IMG/VR virus record: IMGVR_UViG_3300028844_005666
Length of the DNA: 64,000 bases
Strand: one strand, 5' to 3'
Source of the DNA: an uncultured virus (IMG/VR IMGVR_UViG_3300028844_005666)
Taxonomy: Duplodnaviria > Heunggongvirae > Uroviricota > Caudoviricetes
Shown here: positions 1 to 10,397 of the stretch, one piece after another
How the letters are laid out: every line of letters begins with the position of its first letter
How positions within the stretch are numbered: the first letter of the stretch is position 1
The notes under the pieces: model-generated
Databases searched by the model: none
What the model was told of the DNA's origin: nothing
The model's input: only the letters and a program-made list of their open reading frames with translations
Position numbers and translations under genes: made by a program

Positions 1-38
1 ATAAAAGGGCGGTAAGCTTTTGACTCTTGTAAAAGCAT
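1..38 (-). CDS. nrdB: Ribonucleotide reductase beta subunit, 5' end only (runs off window)
   Basis: ATG at 38 (TAAATG junction) reads MLLQESKAYRPF, a typical NrdB N-terminus, downstream of nrdA. Confidence 0.7.
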   Translation of the reverse strand, partial: MLLQESKAYRPF

Positions 39-212
39 TTATTCCTCTTGTTTCAGTTTCTCGTCTAACACAATAGACTTTTCTAATTTATTAATTCGCT
101 CATTCATTTCAAACATGATCTCAGCGATAGCTCTAAAAGTTTCTTTATCTGGAGAACCTCTTAGTACTACTCTGTCTAACTGAGCTTTTAACTTATCTGT
201 ATATGATGCCAT
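39..212 (-). CDS. Small hypothetical protein (57 aa, MASYTDKLKAQLDRV...)
   Basis: Read manually; GGAG RBS upstream; stop abuts nrdB start. Confidence 0.7.
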   Translation of the reverse strand: MASYTDKLKAQLDRVVLRGSPDKETFRAIAEIMFEMNERINKLEKSIVLDEKLKQEE

Positions 213-221
213 AATATACTC

Positions 222-2213
222 CTATCCTTGGCAGGCTACGCACTCATCGCCTTCTTCTACTTGAGCATTATTTAGTAATGCCATTAGTTGATCATAACCA
301 CCTACATATTCTCCATTTAAATATATTTGCGGTAATGTAGTTACTTTTCTTCCAGTAACCTCTGCAGCAGTTTTACCTGCTAACTCTAAATCGATATACT
401 CATATTGTATACCTCTCATACCTAGTTCGTCCTTAGCCATTTCACAATATTGACATCCAGGTCTACCATATAAGATATTAGTTTTATCATCTTCTAAAGC
501 TACTCTTTCAACTTTATCTGCAACAGTCTCTGCTCTAGATTTAGATTCAGTTCTAAGATAATATAAACCTTTTAATTTCTTTTCCCATGCTTGTAAATGA
601 ACTTCATTAACATAGTTTCTATCAACTCCAGAAGGGAAGAATAAGTTAACTGATTGACCTTGACATATAAATCTTTGTCTATCAGCTGCTAATTCGACAA
701 CCCATCTTTGATCTAACTCTTGAGCAGTTTTAAAAATATCTTTTTCTTTCTTATTCAATTTAGTTAGATGTTGGACTGATCCTTTATTTGTTATAATGGA
801 ACTCCAAGTTTTTTCTGTATTAATTCCTTTTTCTTCTAACACTTTTTCTAGATACTTATTCTTTACTAAGAATGACCCGCCTCTAGTTCTATGAGTATAA
901 GCATTAGCTTTCATCGGTTCAATACTAGGAGAAGTAGAAAGAATGATACCAGAACTAGCGTTGGGAGCGATAGCAAGTAAGTGCGCATTTCTAAGACCAG
1001 TTCCCATACCATCAGGATACTCTCCTCTCTCTTCAGCTAATTTTTTAGATTGAGCGACTGCATTTTGTTTTATCTTATGAAAAATTACAGTATTATGCAC
1101 TTTAGCACTTTCATTTTCCCACGGAATACCTTTTTTATGTAAATAAGAATGGAAACCCATAGCACCAATACCAATAGATCTTTCTCTCTTAGCACTATAT
1201 TTTGCTCTCATAATTTCATTAGGAGCGTTTTCAATGAAATATTCTAAAACGTTATCCAACATAGTAGTTATATCTTGAACAATAGTAGTATCTTTCCATT
1301 CATCATAGTACTCTAAATTAAGAGAAGATAAACAACATACAGCAGTTCTATCTGCTGCAGTAGGTAAATGTATTTCGTTACATAAGTTAGACCCGTGAAT
1401 CTTTAAACCTATATTTTTTAAATTTGAGGGTAACGAAGCGTTAGCAGTATCAATAAAGTTAAGATATGGCTCACCAGTCCTGAATCTAATTTCAATAATA
1501 CGTTCCCATAGTTTTCTTGCATCAACAGTCTCCTTTACAGCACCATCTTTAGGATCAATAAGATTCCAAGGTTGATTTTCAAATACAGCATGCATAAAAT
1601 TATCAGTAACATTTACAGCATTATGTAAATTTAAAGCTTTTCTTTGAACGTCTCCAGTAGGTATTCTCATATTAATGAATTCCATAATATCTGGATGGCT
1701 AATATCTAGATAAGCAGCATAACTACCTTTTCTAGTTTTACCTTGTCTATAAGCTATCATATCAGCATCTACCGTATGAAGAAAAGGTATAGGACCTGGA
1801 GCAATATCAGAAACAGTTCTAACATCAGACCAATGACCTCCTACTCCACCTCCAAAAATACTTAAGTATCTTAACTCAGATGAATGTTGAATTAACCCAT
1901 CAATAGTATCAGGAACATAAGTAAGAAAACAAGAAATAGGCATTCCTTTATTATTCTTCTCTCCATTAGGAGCATTAGATAAAACAGGAGAAGCAAATAG
2001 AAAATATTTTTTACTTACATAATCATATAATCTTTGAGCTAATGCTTCATCAGTAGCACCTTTATAAGTAGACCAAGCCCACGAAGCTCTTGCAAATGCT
2101 TCTTGAGGCGACTTCTCACTAGGTCTCATATAGAAATCTTTGAGAAGGTTTATTGAATATTCAGTTAGTAAACTATCTCTAGAGAGATCGATTTTAATTT
2201 TTTCGTATTTCAT
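222..2213 (-). CDS. nrdA: Class I ribonucleotide reductase alpha subunit with fused glutaredoxin domain
   Basis: SCF, GSNLCNE, APNASS and LYYLR motifs; Grx domain CQYC..TLPQIY..GGYD; terminal CVAC; ATG 2213 overlaps primase TGA. Confidence 0.95.
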   Translation of the reverse strand: MKYEKIKIDLSRDSLLTEYSINLLKDFYMRPSEKSPQEAFARASWAWSTYKGATDEALAQRLYDYVSKKYFLFASPVLSNAPNGEKNNKGMPISCFLTYVPDTIDGLIQHSSELRYLSIFGGGVGGHWSDVRTVSDIAPGPIPFLHTVDADMIAYRQGKTRKGSYAAYLDISHPDIMEFINMRIPTGDVQRKALNLHNAVNVTDNFMHAVFENQPWNLIDPKDGAVKETVDARKLWERIIEIRFRTGEPYLNFIDTANASLPSNLKNIGLKIHGSNLCNEIHLPTAADRTAVCCLSSLNLEYYDEWKDTTIVQDITTMLDNVLEYFIENAPNEIMRAKYSAKRERSIGIGAMGFHSYLHKKGIPWENESAKVHNTVIFHKIKQNAVAQSKKLAEERGEYPDGMGTGLRNAHLLAIAPNASSGIILSTSPSIEPMKANAYTHRTRGGSFLVKNKYLEKVLEEKGINTEKTWSSIITNKGSVQHLTKLNKKEKDIFKTAQELDQRWVVELAADRQRFICQGQSVNLFFPSGVDRNYVNEVHLQAWEKKLKGLYYLRTESKSRAETVADKVERVALEDDKTNILYGRPGCQYCEMAKDELGMRGIQYEYIDLELAGKTAAEVTGRKVTTLPQIYLNGEYVGGYDQLMALLNNAQVEEGDECVACQG

Positions 2214-3061
2214 TGGGTTTTTTTCCAAGCATTCAGTTGTAATTTTCCGGTCAGTCCACTAAAGGTGTTACTGGTAACGACAGCATTGACGTCGATACCG
2301 GCAAGTGTCATTTCGTTAATGTCTTTTTCTTTAATATGATCTGGCCAGATCACTACCTTGAATTGTCGATCAAGGTATTTAGCTACCTTGTCAACAATCT
2401 GCCTATTACGCGGCTCGTTATCTAATATGATTGTTGCAAGCTTAGAATATTTATTATCAATATCGTTCGCTCCGCATAAAGCTACACAATTTTTTATAAA
2501 AAAACTGTCGATAGGGCCTTCTACTACATTAAAAGGTTTAGTGACATCGACTTTATCTAAACCATATATTCTCTCATTATTATTAAAGTACATAGTGAGG
2601 TATCTCATTTCATTATCATCTAAGGCTCTACCCTGCATACCATATATCTTACCTTCACTATTACGAATAGGTATTACTAATCGCGGTGATTCATCTCCTT
2701 TAACCATGATATTTCCCGTTGAAATACCAATCTCTCTAAACCGTTCACTGTAATAGAGATCCACCAGAAGGCTACTATCGATGCCACGAGACCGTACATA
2801 ACGTACGCACTTATGGCTATCAGGTAAAGTATCCAACCTCTCACAATAACGTAGCACACTACTATAGTCCACGTTTTGGCGGATATCAATCCTAGTATTC
2901 CTACTCCCAGTATCAACTGACTTATTAGCATCATATTCTTTTACCTTCTCATAGTTCAAATCTCTTTGACACCCGTGACAAAGAAACATTTCTACTTCAG
3001 TTTTATACACAAAAGCAGTATCGCTACAATAAGGACATTTAACTTCTTTTACATCAAGCAT
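2210..3061 (-). CDS. gp61: DNA primase, T4 gp61-like
   Basis: Zn finger CPYC..CHGC, QGRAL, VEGPIDS Toprim, LDNEPRN, KDINEM. Confidence 0.93.
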   Translation of the reverse strand: MLDVKEVKCPYCSDTAFVYKTEVEMFLCHGCQRDLNYEKVKEYDANKSVDTGSRNTRIDIRQNVDYSSVLRYCERLDTLPDSHKCVRYVRSRGIDSSLLVDLYYSERFREIGISTGNIMVKGDESPRLVIPIRNSEGKIYGMQGRALDDNEMRYLTMYFNNNERIYGLDKVDVTKPFNVVEGPIDSFFIKNCVALCGANDIDNKYSKLATIILDNEPRNRQIVDKVAKYLDRQFKVVIWPDHIKEKDINEMTLAGIDVNAVVTSNTFSGLTGKLQLNAWKKTQ

Positions 3062-3073
3062 AATATAGTTATA

Positions 3074-3622
3074 TTAAACTCTTGATAAAATTTTCGTTAA
3101 GTTCTTTCTTTTTTTCGAAGGACCTGTAGGACCGGCTAGTCCAGAGGCATTTGCTTGAGAATTTGTTGTTGTAGGACTAAGAGGACCACCTAATGCAGCT
3201 CCAGAATGCATTTCTATCATAATAGCTTCTTCCATAGCGGCTAGGTAACCTTCTTTAGTTCCTATATCATGCTCAAGTTTAGGTATAATTCTATTTTCTT
3301 CTAATTTTTCCATAAGTGCATTTGCTGTTTCATTATTATATTCATCTTGTACATGTTCTTTAAGAAGAGCTAAAGCAGCAATATATGATGCTAGTCTAGT
3401 CTTACCTAATGGTACTTTTCCAAGTAATCTTTTCATATTAAGTACTAATCTGTCTACTAGAGTCATAGCACCTTTTTCTTCTGAGGATTTAGCTTTCTTT
3501 AATGACTTACCATCTGCATCAATTAAGCCTAATTCAAACGCCTTCATTTTATTATAAGGAGTTACTAGCTTCTTAAGTATCCTAAAAATAATTAATGTAT
3601 CTACAACGTTAACGGCTGGCAT
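3074..3622 (-). CDS. Conserved T4-like hypothetical protein
   Basis: LGLIDADGK motif; typical neighbour of primase in marine T4-likes. Confidence 0.65.
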   Translation of the reverse strand: MPAVNVVDTLIIFRILKKLVTPYNKMKAFELGLIDADGKSLKKAKSSEEKGAMTLVDRLVLNMKRLLGKVPLGKTRLASYIAALALLKEHVQDEYNNETANALMEKLEENRIIPKLEHDIGTKEGYLAAMEEAIMIEMHSGAALGGPLSPTTTNSQANASGLAGPTGPSKKRKNLTKILSRV

Positions 3623-3980
3623 TGTCCATTTCCTTCAATAATTTTGCAGTATACAAACAATGTCCTATATCTGCGTATTCCTTACTATCTAATAAACTAA
3701 GATAAGTTAGTACGGTTTTAAAGACTTCTTTTTCTTCTTCTGTAGCAAAGGCAAATAATATTTTCTTTGCTGCATTTCTTTCAAAGTTATTTGTAAAACA
3801 TATTATGTGATTTACTAATAACCTTATATTTTTAGTCTTATCTGTATTTACTTTCTTAGCGAGTTTCTTTGCTAATTTAAATCTATTTAAGTCTTCAATA
3901 AATTCTTCTTTACTATGACAAAACGGATTTGTATAATTTTTCGCAGCAAATAACTCTATCGTATCAGCATTTAATTCCAT
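3609..3980 (-). CDS. Conserved T4-like hypothetical protein
   Basis: YTNP..EEFIEDL..RLLVNHII pattern. Confidence 0.65.
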   Translation of the reverse strand: MELNADTIELFAAKNYTNPFCHSKEEFIEDLNRFKLAKKLAKKVNTDKTKNIRLLVNHIICFTNNFERNAAKKILFAFATEEEKEVFKTVLTYLSLLDSKEYADIGHCLYTAKLLKEMDNASR

Positions 3981-3983
3981 TAT

Positions 3984-4520
3984 CTACTTATTTACGCCTA
4001 TATCCTTCTTGGTGTCTATCATTACCTTCGGCTTTACATTTATCTTTTGTTCTTCTTTACTTACTGTAATTTTTTTAGCTGTAGGTTCTATCTTCTTGTC
4101 TAATACTTTTCGACCAATCTTTACTTGAGACCCAGGTTGAGGCTGTACTGGAGGAGGAGCTGGTGGCTGCTCTTCAGGTGGCTGTTCTTGTTCCATATCC
4201 TGATCAGGCATTGGTTCTTTCTCAATAGTCTTATGAGTTTCACCGCCATTAGCATGTTTCTTTACTTCTGTTTCTTTTGTTTTAGTATTTCTATCATGCG
4301 CTTTCTTTTCAGCTTCTTCTATTTCGGTTTCTTCTCTATAACCTCTTCTTCTTAAATCTCTATGCTTTTCTCTATCCATTTTAGCTTTCGCTTCTTTGGA
4401 TCTTTCTAAACCATTTTTACCACGAGAAATCTCAACGCCAGAATTGATTCTTTCGCTAAGAAATTCAGTGAGTTCATTCATATTTTTGAATTGTGCTAGT
4501 ATATTTGGATCAATTGACAT
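3984..4520 (-). CDS. Charged low-complexity protein, possible internal head protein
   Basis: ELTEFLSE resembles a capsid-targeting/cleavage sequence; late-type AATAAATA at 4541-4548. Confidence 0.5.
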   Translation of the reverse strand: MSIDPNILAQFKNMNELTEFLSERINSGVEISRGKNGLERSKEAKAKMDREKHRDLRRRGYREETEIEEAEKKAHDRNTKTKETEVKKHANGGETHKTIEKEPMPDQDMEQEQPPEEQPPAPPPVQPQPGSQVKIGRKVLDKKIEPTAKKITVSKEEQKINVKPKVMIDTKKDIGVNK

Positions 4521-4546
4521 TTTACTTCTCTCTTTCTAATTATTTA

Positions 4547-7039
4547 TTAAGAAAAGAAGTCGACTAGTGTAGCCCTTTTAACAGAAGACCAACCAATTGG
4601 ATCTAATATATGTTTGAAAGGTTCAGTAACAGTTTTAGAAAACATTTTTTCATAATCAATATACTTATTGATATCTACTTCATCCGGTAAAGAAGTCATA
4701 AAAGATATAACATGAGTACCTACGTTATTAGGTTCTCTAAGATATACAAATCTACCCTTCTCTCCATTATTAATCTTTTCCCATTTCTTGGTTAAGTTTT
4801 TCTGTTCTAGTAATCTATTGAAAGCAATAGCACCTCTTACATGAGGAGGAGTACCTTTCATAAACCCTTCTTTAATAGTATAATCAGTAATAGAGTTCAT
4901 AGTTCTAGGAAAAGCAATATCCTGAGGAACCATTTTCATATATTCTTCTTTAACTTCTTTAATATATTTCTGTAAAGTCTCTTCATCAGTTTGCAAAGTA
5001 AGAGTAATCATGTTAAGGAGTTTCCCTCTCATAATTTGAGGAGTAGAAGATCTAATAGCATCTAAACCTTGAATCTTTATCTTAGCTTCTTTATGTCTAA
5101 CACCTTCAGTATCCCATACAGACATAGCATATCGTTTCTTAGCAGTCCATACAGCAGTTTCAGCAATACACTCTCGTTTCATTACCATCTTCTGACCTCT
5201 AGTATTCATATACTTAGATACGTCTTGATAACCTTCTTCTAGTATTCTATCTAATTGCTCTTCAGCTATCTTATCTAAAATATCAATGATTTCTTCTCTA
5301 GACTTATCAGAGAAAAATTTATCTACAAGAGGTTGAACGTTAAGATAATTAGAGTCAGTATCGATAGCAATAATATAATCTTTATTTTCAGTCTTAAGTA
5401 GTTTATTCATAAAAGCATTTAAGTTCTTTTCAGCTTCTTGAATAATAAACTGACCTGATAGAGTAATAGATTCACCTAATCGTTGATCGTACCATCTATA
5501 GAACTTATTAGTAATAGCACCATAACCACTATTCAATAGAATCTTTCTAACTTGCTGATTATTCTGTTCGTAAGTAGAAGGTTCACCTTTCTTCTGCTTT
5601 TCTATCATTCTATCTTTGAATATAAGTCTCTCTTCGTAAAGAGTTCTCATAATACGAGGCATTATACCTTCGATCTTATCATGATACTTCCAACCAGAAC
5701 CTGCAATAATTTTACCTTTACAATCGTCAGGTAAAGGTTCTCTATTTAAGAATCGTCTTATACGTTCTTCAGGAGATATATCAGCCCATACTTTAGATTC
5801 GTTTATGATAGTCTCAGGAGAAATATTATATTGCATAACAAGATGAGGATATAGAGAGTTTAAGTCAAAAGATAAAACCCATCCATGTTTACCTGCAATA
5901 GGTTCTTTTACATGACCGCCAGGTATCTGAGAAGTCTTATCACCTGCAACTATATTAAAGTGAGGATGTTTATTTTCTTTAATTAGCTCTTTATTGATGA
6001 GGGAGTCCCACGCTCTCACAGGTGAACTTACTTCGTCATAGTTAAGAGATGCTTTATAAGCCATAGCTAACTGAGCGTCTATTAGACCCATCTTTTTATC
6101 GAGTAAACCTACTAGATTAACATCTTGAATATTATAATCGATAAATTTTTGATAATTACTATAGTAAAGCATATGCAAACCAGTTACTTCACTATGATCT
6201 AACTTACGTTGACCTAGCTCTAAGTGAGCTACCCAATCTAGTCTATAAGACTCTTGTATTCTATTTCTTCTATAGAGTACAATATAGTCAATAACAGATA
6301 CACCTTTCATAGCTACTTCAGTTTCTATACCTCTTCTAGTCTGATACTCTCTCATATCACATCTACCCCAAGGAGATAACTTACCAGCATCGAAACCAAG
6401 ATTATTCAATCTATTATACAAATAAGGCATATCGAAACCTGCAACGTTCCAACCCGTTACAACATGAGGACAATTATCTTTCCAGAACTTAAGAAACTTA
6501 GTTAGTAGATCATGCTCAGAAGAACATTTAATATAAACAACTTTATCGATAATCTCTTGAGGTAATTCAGATTTAGAACTATCCCAGTCGTTATCACCTA
6601 AAGTAATATACTTATCAGAAATATTATCGTGAATACAAATAGCAGTAACAGGATAAGCAGCTTCTTTAGCAGTAGGAAAACCTTCGTTAGAAGTTACCTC
6701 GATATCAATATTAAAAGTTCTAATCTCATCTCTGTTATAAGTCTTTTCAGCATTAGGAAAAGTCTCATTGATATAACTAGAATGAAATAAAGGAAAACCG
6801 TAAAGTTTAAGATTAGTATCTTCATGCTTTTTAGCAAACTCAGTAGCTTCTTGCATCTTATCAAACTGAGTAGGTTTAAGCGGCGTACCATAAAGACTAG
6901 TTACACCAGTCTCTTTTTTAGATTCAATATAAAGAGTAGGAGAGTAATTAAGTTTATCTCTAAACTCTTTACCATCTGAAATACCTCTTACAAAGAGAGT
7001 ATTACCCCATCGATTAACATTAGTATAATATTTACTCAT
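4547..7039 (-). CDS. gp43: Family B DNA polymerase, T4 gp43-like
   Basis: Exonuclease DIEV, SFDLNSLYP, KILLNSGYG, DTDS. Confidence 0.97.
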   Translation of the reverse strand: MSKYYTNVNRWGNTLFVRGISDGKEFRDKLNYSPTLYIESKKETGVTSLYGTPLKPTQFDKMQEATEFAKKHEDTNLKLYGFPLFHSSYINETFPNAEKTYNRDEIRTFNIDIEVTSNEGFPTAKEAAYPVTAICIHDNISDKYITLGDNDWDSSKSELPQEIIDKVVYIKCSSEHDLLTKFLKFWKDNCPHVVTGWNVAGFDMPYLYNRLNNLGFDAGKLSPWGRCDMREYQTRRGIETEVAMKGVSVIDYIVLYRRNRIQESYRLDWVAHLELGQRKLDHSEVTGLHMLYYSNYQKFIDYNIQDVNLVGLLDKKMGLIDAQLAMAYKASLNYDEVSSPVRAWDSLINKELIKENKHPHFNIVAGDKTSQIPGGHVKEPIAGKHGWVLSFDLNSLYPHLVMQYNISPETIINESKVWADISPEERIRRFLNREPLPDDCKGKIIAGSGWKYHDKIEGIMPRIMRTLYEERLIFKDRMIEKQKKGEPSTYEQNNQQVRKILLNSGYGAITNKFYRWYDQRLGESITLSGQFIIQEAEKNLNAFMNKLLKTENKDYIIAIDTDSNYLNVQPLVDKFFSDKSREEIIDILDKIAEEQLDRILEEGYQDVSKYMNTRGQKMVMKRECIAETAVWTAKKRYAMSVWDTEGVRHKEAKIKIQGLDAIRSSTPQIMRGKLLNMITLTLQTDEETLQKYIKEVKEEYMKMVPQDIAFPRTMNSITDYTIKEGFMKGTPPHVRGAIAFNRLLEQKNLTKKWEKINNGEKGRFVYLREPNNVGTHVISFMTSLPDEVDINKYIDYEKMFSKTVTEPFKHILDPIGWSSVKRATLVDFFS

Positions 7040-7060
7040 ACAATAGTTATAGTGGTAAAG

Positions 7061-7441
7061 TTATTTCTTTTTACCGATCGTATAATTTTGTTTGAGTTGC
7101 CATTTGGCTTTTTCTTTGAAGGGAATAATTTTAACCCGAGCCAGTGAGTTTGGCTCGGATTTAGGTTTTTCAACAATAGTACATAAATTCCATTGTTCGA
7201 GTAGCTTTGCGATTCCATTTCGTCTCTTAATATCATCTTCTTTTAACTCTCGTTCATAACCATCTAAAATAAACAACTCTCTATAATGACATAGAAAATA
7301 TTTACCTCTCTTATGGAGTAAATGACATGTTTGAACGAGTTTATTATCAGAACCTTCAACACCTATTCGTGTCAGAGTTTCGACAATTTTAAGGAAATTA
7401 TCGCGTTCGCCTAATTTAACTTCTAATAAATTTTCTATCAT
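7061..7441 (-). CDS. regA: Translational repressor RegA
   Basis: FLKIVETLTRIG, CHLLHKRGKY; position next to gp43. Confidence 0.93.
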   Translation of the reverse strand: MIENLLEVKLGERDNFLKIVETLTRIGVEGSDNKLVQTCHLLHKRGKYFLCHYRELFILDGYERELKEDDIKRRNGIAKLLEQWNLCTIVEKPKSEPNSLARVKIIPFKEKAKWQLKQNYTIGKKK

Positions 7442-7482
7442 AACCTAATCATCATTTATAAGTTATTTAATAGATTTAGATA

Positions 7483-7722
7483 CTAGTCGTTAAGTTGGTC
7501 TTTCCAGTTCTCTGCTAATTCTGCGGCTCTATTAGTTAACCATTCAGCAGCAGCTGTATCACCTGACTCTTTTGCTACATCTGCTTCTTGAATACAGTTA
7601 TAGATTTTAGCCATCATAGTTATTCTTTGGTCCTGAATTTCATGACCATGTTCGTCTTTACTAATAAGTCTGCACTTATTTTTAATTTCATCTAAAGATG
7701 CTTTAGTAATATCAAATGACAT
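7483..7722 (-). CDS. Hypothetical protein
   Basis: ORF with GGAG RBS; AATAAATA at 7752-7759 upstream. Confidence 0.6.
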   Translation of the reverse strand: MSFDITKASLDEIKNKCRLISKDEHGHEIQDQRITMMAKIYNCIQEADVAKESGDTAAAEWLTNRAAELAENWKDQLND

Positions 7723-7750
7723 TTGAATGTCTCCCTTGTTAATTAACTAA

Positions 7751-7954
7751 TTATTTATTAGTTTTAGTTAATTTATTGCACACATAAGATTTACCATTAG
7801 GTGAATCTATTGTTAAAGCTGGAATTCCTGGTGTAGCTTCTCTACATTCGATTTGCGTCCAAGAATAACCTTCTTTTAATTGTTTGCTTGAAGTATCAAT
7901 AAACTCCTTATTATTAATTCCAAACATAGCAATTAGTAAAAATGCATATATCAT
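7751..7954 (-). CDS. Hypothetical protein with hydrophobic N-terminus
   Basis: TAATG coupling to gp62. Confidence 0.6.
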   Translation of the reverse strand: MIYAFLLIAMFGINNKEFIDTSSKQLKEGYSWTQIECREATPGIPALTIDSPNGKSYVCNKLTKTNK

Positions 7955-8385
7955 TATTTGCCTCCCTTTCTGTTATTATACCATTGTTTAATTTGTTCTA
8001 GCTGTTCTTTATCTAAAATCTTTTCGTATTGTTTAGCTACTTTATGTGAGACTGAAAAATATTCTTTGACCATATCAGTATAGTCTGAAGTAAATTTCTT
8101 AGCCCATTTCGCGAAATAATTTTTCTTAGGAAGTCCATGATAGTAGAAGTCAAAACATATTTGATCTGATAAGCTATCATATTTATTCATTTCATTAGCG
8201 AATAACACAGTATCAGAACGTTGACTCATACCTAAGTTAGTTAAAAATTTATTGAAACCGAAAGTAGACTCAGGATAATTTTTATTAGATATATTTTTTA
8301 GTAACTCAAAAGGATTAGCTTTTACTTCTTCAGCTACATACTCTTCTTTTCTTTCAATAATATTTCCGAATAGATCTATTTCCAT
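7954..8385 (-). CDS. gp62: Clamp loader small subunit
   Basis: ANEMN, FAKWAK; follows gp44. Confidence 0.88.
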   Translation of the reverse strand: MEIDLFGNIIERKEEYVAEEVKANPFELLKNISNKNYPESTFGFNKFLTNLGMSQRSDTVLFANEMNKYDSLSDQICFDFYYHGLPKKNYFAKWAKKFTSDYTDMVKEYFSVSHKVAKQYEKILDKEQLEQIKQWYNNRKGGK

Positions 8386-9329
8386 TTTACACTCTTCATT
8401 ACTTCAACTACAAAAGCAGCTAAGTTAATTTCTTGATTAGTTACAAAAGCAGCTTTATGTTGATACTCACCCATAATTAATATAAGATTAGGTAAAGATG
8501 CAGGTTCTACATATTCATTTATATTAGTATACAAGTCATCAAATAACTGATCAGTCTCAGGATTATCTGCAATCCATTGCCTACAAGACTTAAAGTCACC
8601 TTTCTTCATAAAACCTATAAGAGATTTTACTTTAGAAGTATCTACTAATGCAATAATACCAGAATCAATCTTACCATTAACTTGACTATATCTCTGAAGT
8701 TCATTAATAGTTCTTCTAGTATCAGGATAGAATCGTTTAACTATTTCTAGTACAGCAGTCTGATTAAAGTCTATCTTTTCAAACTGCAATATAGATATCA
8801 TACGTTTAGCAATAGAAGCCATAATCTGAGCCTTCTCTTCTTTACCTACAGTAAAGTCTACTACAGAACATCTACTATGAAGAGGAGGTATAATTTTATG
8901 CTTATAGTTACAAGTAAGTATGAATCTACTATTCTTAGAGAACTCTTCTATAAAGTTTCTAAGAGCTGGTTGAACAGCAGGTCCTAAGTAATCAGCTTCA
9001 TCAATAATAACTACTTTAGGTTTATCTTTCATAGAAGTAGTCGATACAAACTTTTTAATTTTATCTCTAAGTATATCTATAGACCTACCTTCATCAGAAC
9101 CATTAACTACAATATAATCACAATCAAGTTCTTTACAAAGAGCTTTAGCAGCAGTAGTCTTACCTGTACCTGCTGAACCTGAGAAAAGCAGGTTAGTTAC
9201 TTCACCCTGCTTGATTAAATTATAGAATACTTTTTTAAGATTATCTGGTAAGATAGTTTCTTCTATGTTATCCGGACGATATTTCTCAGCCCAAATAAAT
9301 TGTTCACCTGCCACGTCTTTTCCTTTCAA
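8376..9329 (-). CDS. gp44: Clamp loader large subunit (AAA+)
   Basis: WAEKYRP, GTGKTT, IIDEAD, SRC. Confidence 0.95.
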   Translation of the reverse strand: MKGKDVAGEQFIWAEKYRPDNIEETILPDNLKKVFYNLIKQGEVTNLLFSGSAGTGKTTAAKALCKELDCDYIVVNGSDEGRSIDILRDKIKKFVSTTSMKDKPKVVIIDEADYLGPAVQPALRNFIEEFSKNSRFILTCNYKHKIIPPLHSRCSVVDFTVGKEEKAQIMASIAKRMISILQFEKIDFNQTAVLEIVKRFYPDTRRTINELQRYSQVNGKIDSGIIALVDTSKVKSLIGFMKKGDFKSCRQWIADNPETDQLFDDLYTNINEYVEPASLPNLILIMGEYQHKAAFVTNQEINLAAFVVEVMKSVKWK

Positions 9330-9489
9330 ATCTAGGTTCCGGTTCGCCGTTCTTTCTTCTATTATAGCTTCTTAATGCGTCTTGGCGCCTTTTTTCTACT
9401 TCTTGAGGATGGTAAGCTTCAGACCATTTCCACATTCCGTTTTCTTTGGCCCACATACCTAATTGTTCAGGTGAGTGCTTTCTTGGCAT
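9304..9489 (-). CDS. Small basic hypothetical protein
   Basis: Overlapping operon ORF. Confidence 0.55.
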   Translation of the reverse strand: MPRKHSPEQLGMWAKENGMWKWSEAYHPQEVEKRRQDALRSYNRRKNGEPEPRFERKRRGR

Positions 9490-9760
9490 CTTTTTCCTTT
9501 CTTTCTTCTATTAAAATACTTAATTGTAAAGGTACAAGCATATGGAGTTTATAATTTTCTGATTTAGGATCATCTCTAAGTTTATCAGATAATAACTCAA
9601 CATAGTCCATTGCATCAGCAACAGATAACTCTAATAATTTTACATGTACCTCTTTACCAGAAGCTAAATATTTGTCTGCTGCAAGATGCGCATCCATAAT
9701 AGCTTCTTCTAGAGACATTCTTTCTTCTGGAGTCATTAATTGTTTTTTACCCTTTTTCAT
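9467..9760 (-). CDS. Hypothetical protein
   Basis: Overlapping operon ORF. Confidence 0.55.
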   Translation of the reverse strand: MKKGKKQLMTPEERMSLEEAIMDAHLAADKYLASGKEVHVKLLELSVADAMDYVELLSDKLRDDPKSENYKLHMLVPLQLSILIEERKEKDAKKALT

Positions 9761-10397
9761 AACTACCTTCAGGTTGTAACGCTACATAATAATTGATATA
9801 GTTACCAGTAAATCTAGCTAAACCTTTAGTACAAATAGCTACGTCATAATCATCTGGAACCATCTTAAGTTTATCTACAGAGATAGATAAATTATACTTA
9901 TCATCAGTATCAGGAGTATCAACACTAAACTGATTAGAGTTAGGTACTGCTTTATCATGAACTACAATACCGTCATTAGTAAAAGTTAAGTCACTAGCAT
10001 TATTAATAGAAGCAGCTCTTACTATCATACCTAAAGTATTTCTATCTATTTGTAGTTTAATCTCTTCAGAAGGTAAAGTAACACCTTTCTCAGGAGGTTG
10101 AGTAATAACAGTAGGATCAGCATAAAAATATTTCTGCTTAGTTTTACCTTGAATAAGTAACATATGATCGTCTTCTAAAGTAATATCAGGATCTTCAAAT
10201 AAAGATATAACTCCTAATAACTCATTTAGATCATATATAGAAACCTGTTTATCAAAGGTCTCCTCAATGGTAGCATCAGCAAATACATCTTTAACGTTAC
10301 TAATAGTTTCTATCTTATTACCAGGTTTAATAACGATAGATTGATTAATAGCAGAAAAGTTCTTAAGTATAGCTAACGTTTGCTTGCTCAGTTTCAT
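9747..10397 (-). CDS. gp45: Sliding clamp
   Basis: MKLSKQTLAILKNFSAINQS, IYDLNEL. Confidence 0.93.
   Translation of the reverse strand: MKLSKQTLAILKNFSAINQSIVIKPGNKIETISNVKDVFADATIEETFDKQVSIYDLNELLGVISLFEDPDITLEDDHMLLIQGKTKQKYFYADPTVITQPPEKGVTLPSEEIKLQIDRNTLGMIVRAASINNASDLTFTNDGIVVHDKAVPNSNQFSVDTPDTDDKYNLSISVDKLKMVPDDYDVAICTKGLARFTGNYINYYVALQPEGSYEKG

Noticed and set aside
222..7039. Introns or inteins in nrdA or gp43
   Set aside because: Frames are continuous and of ordinary length apart from the Grx domain
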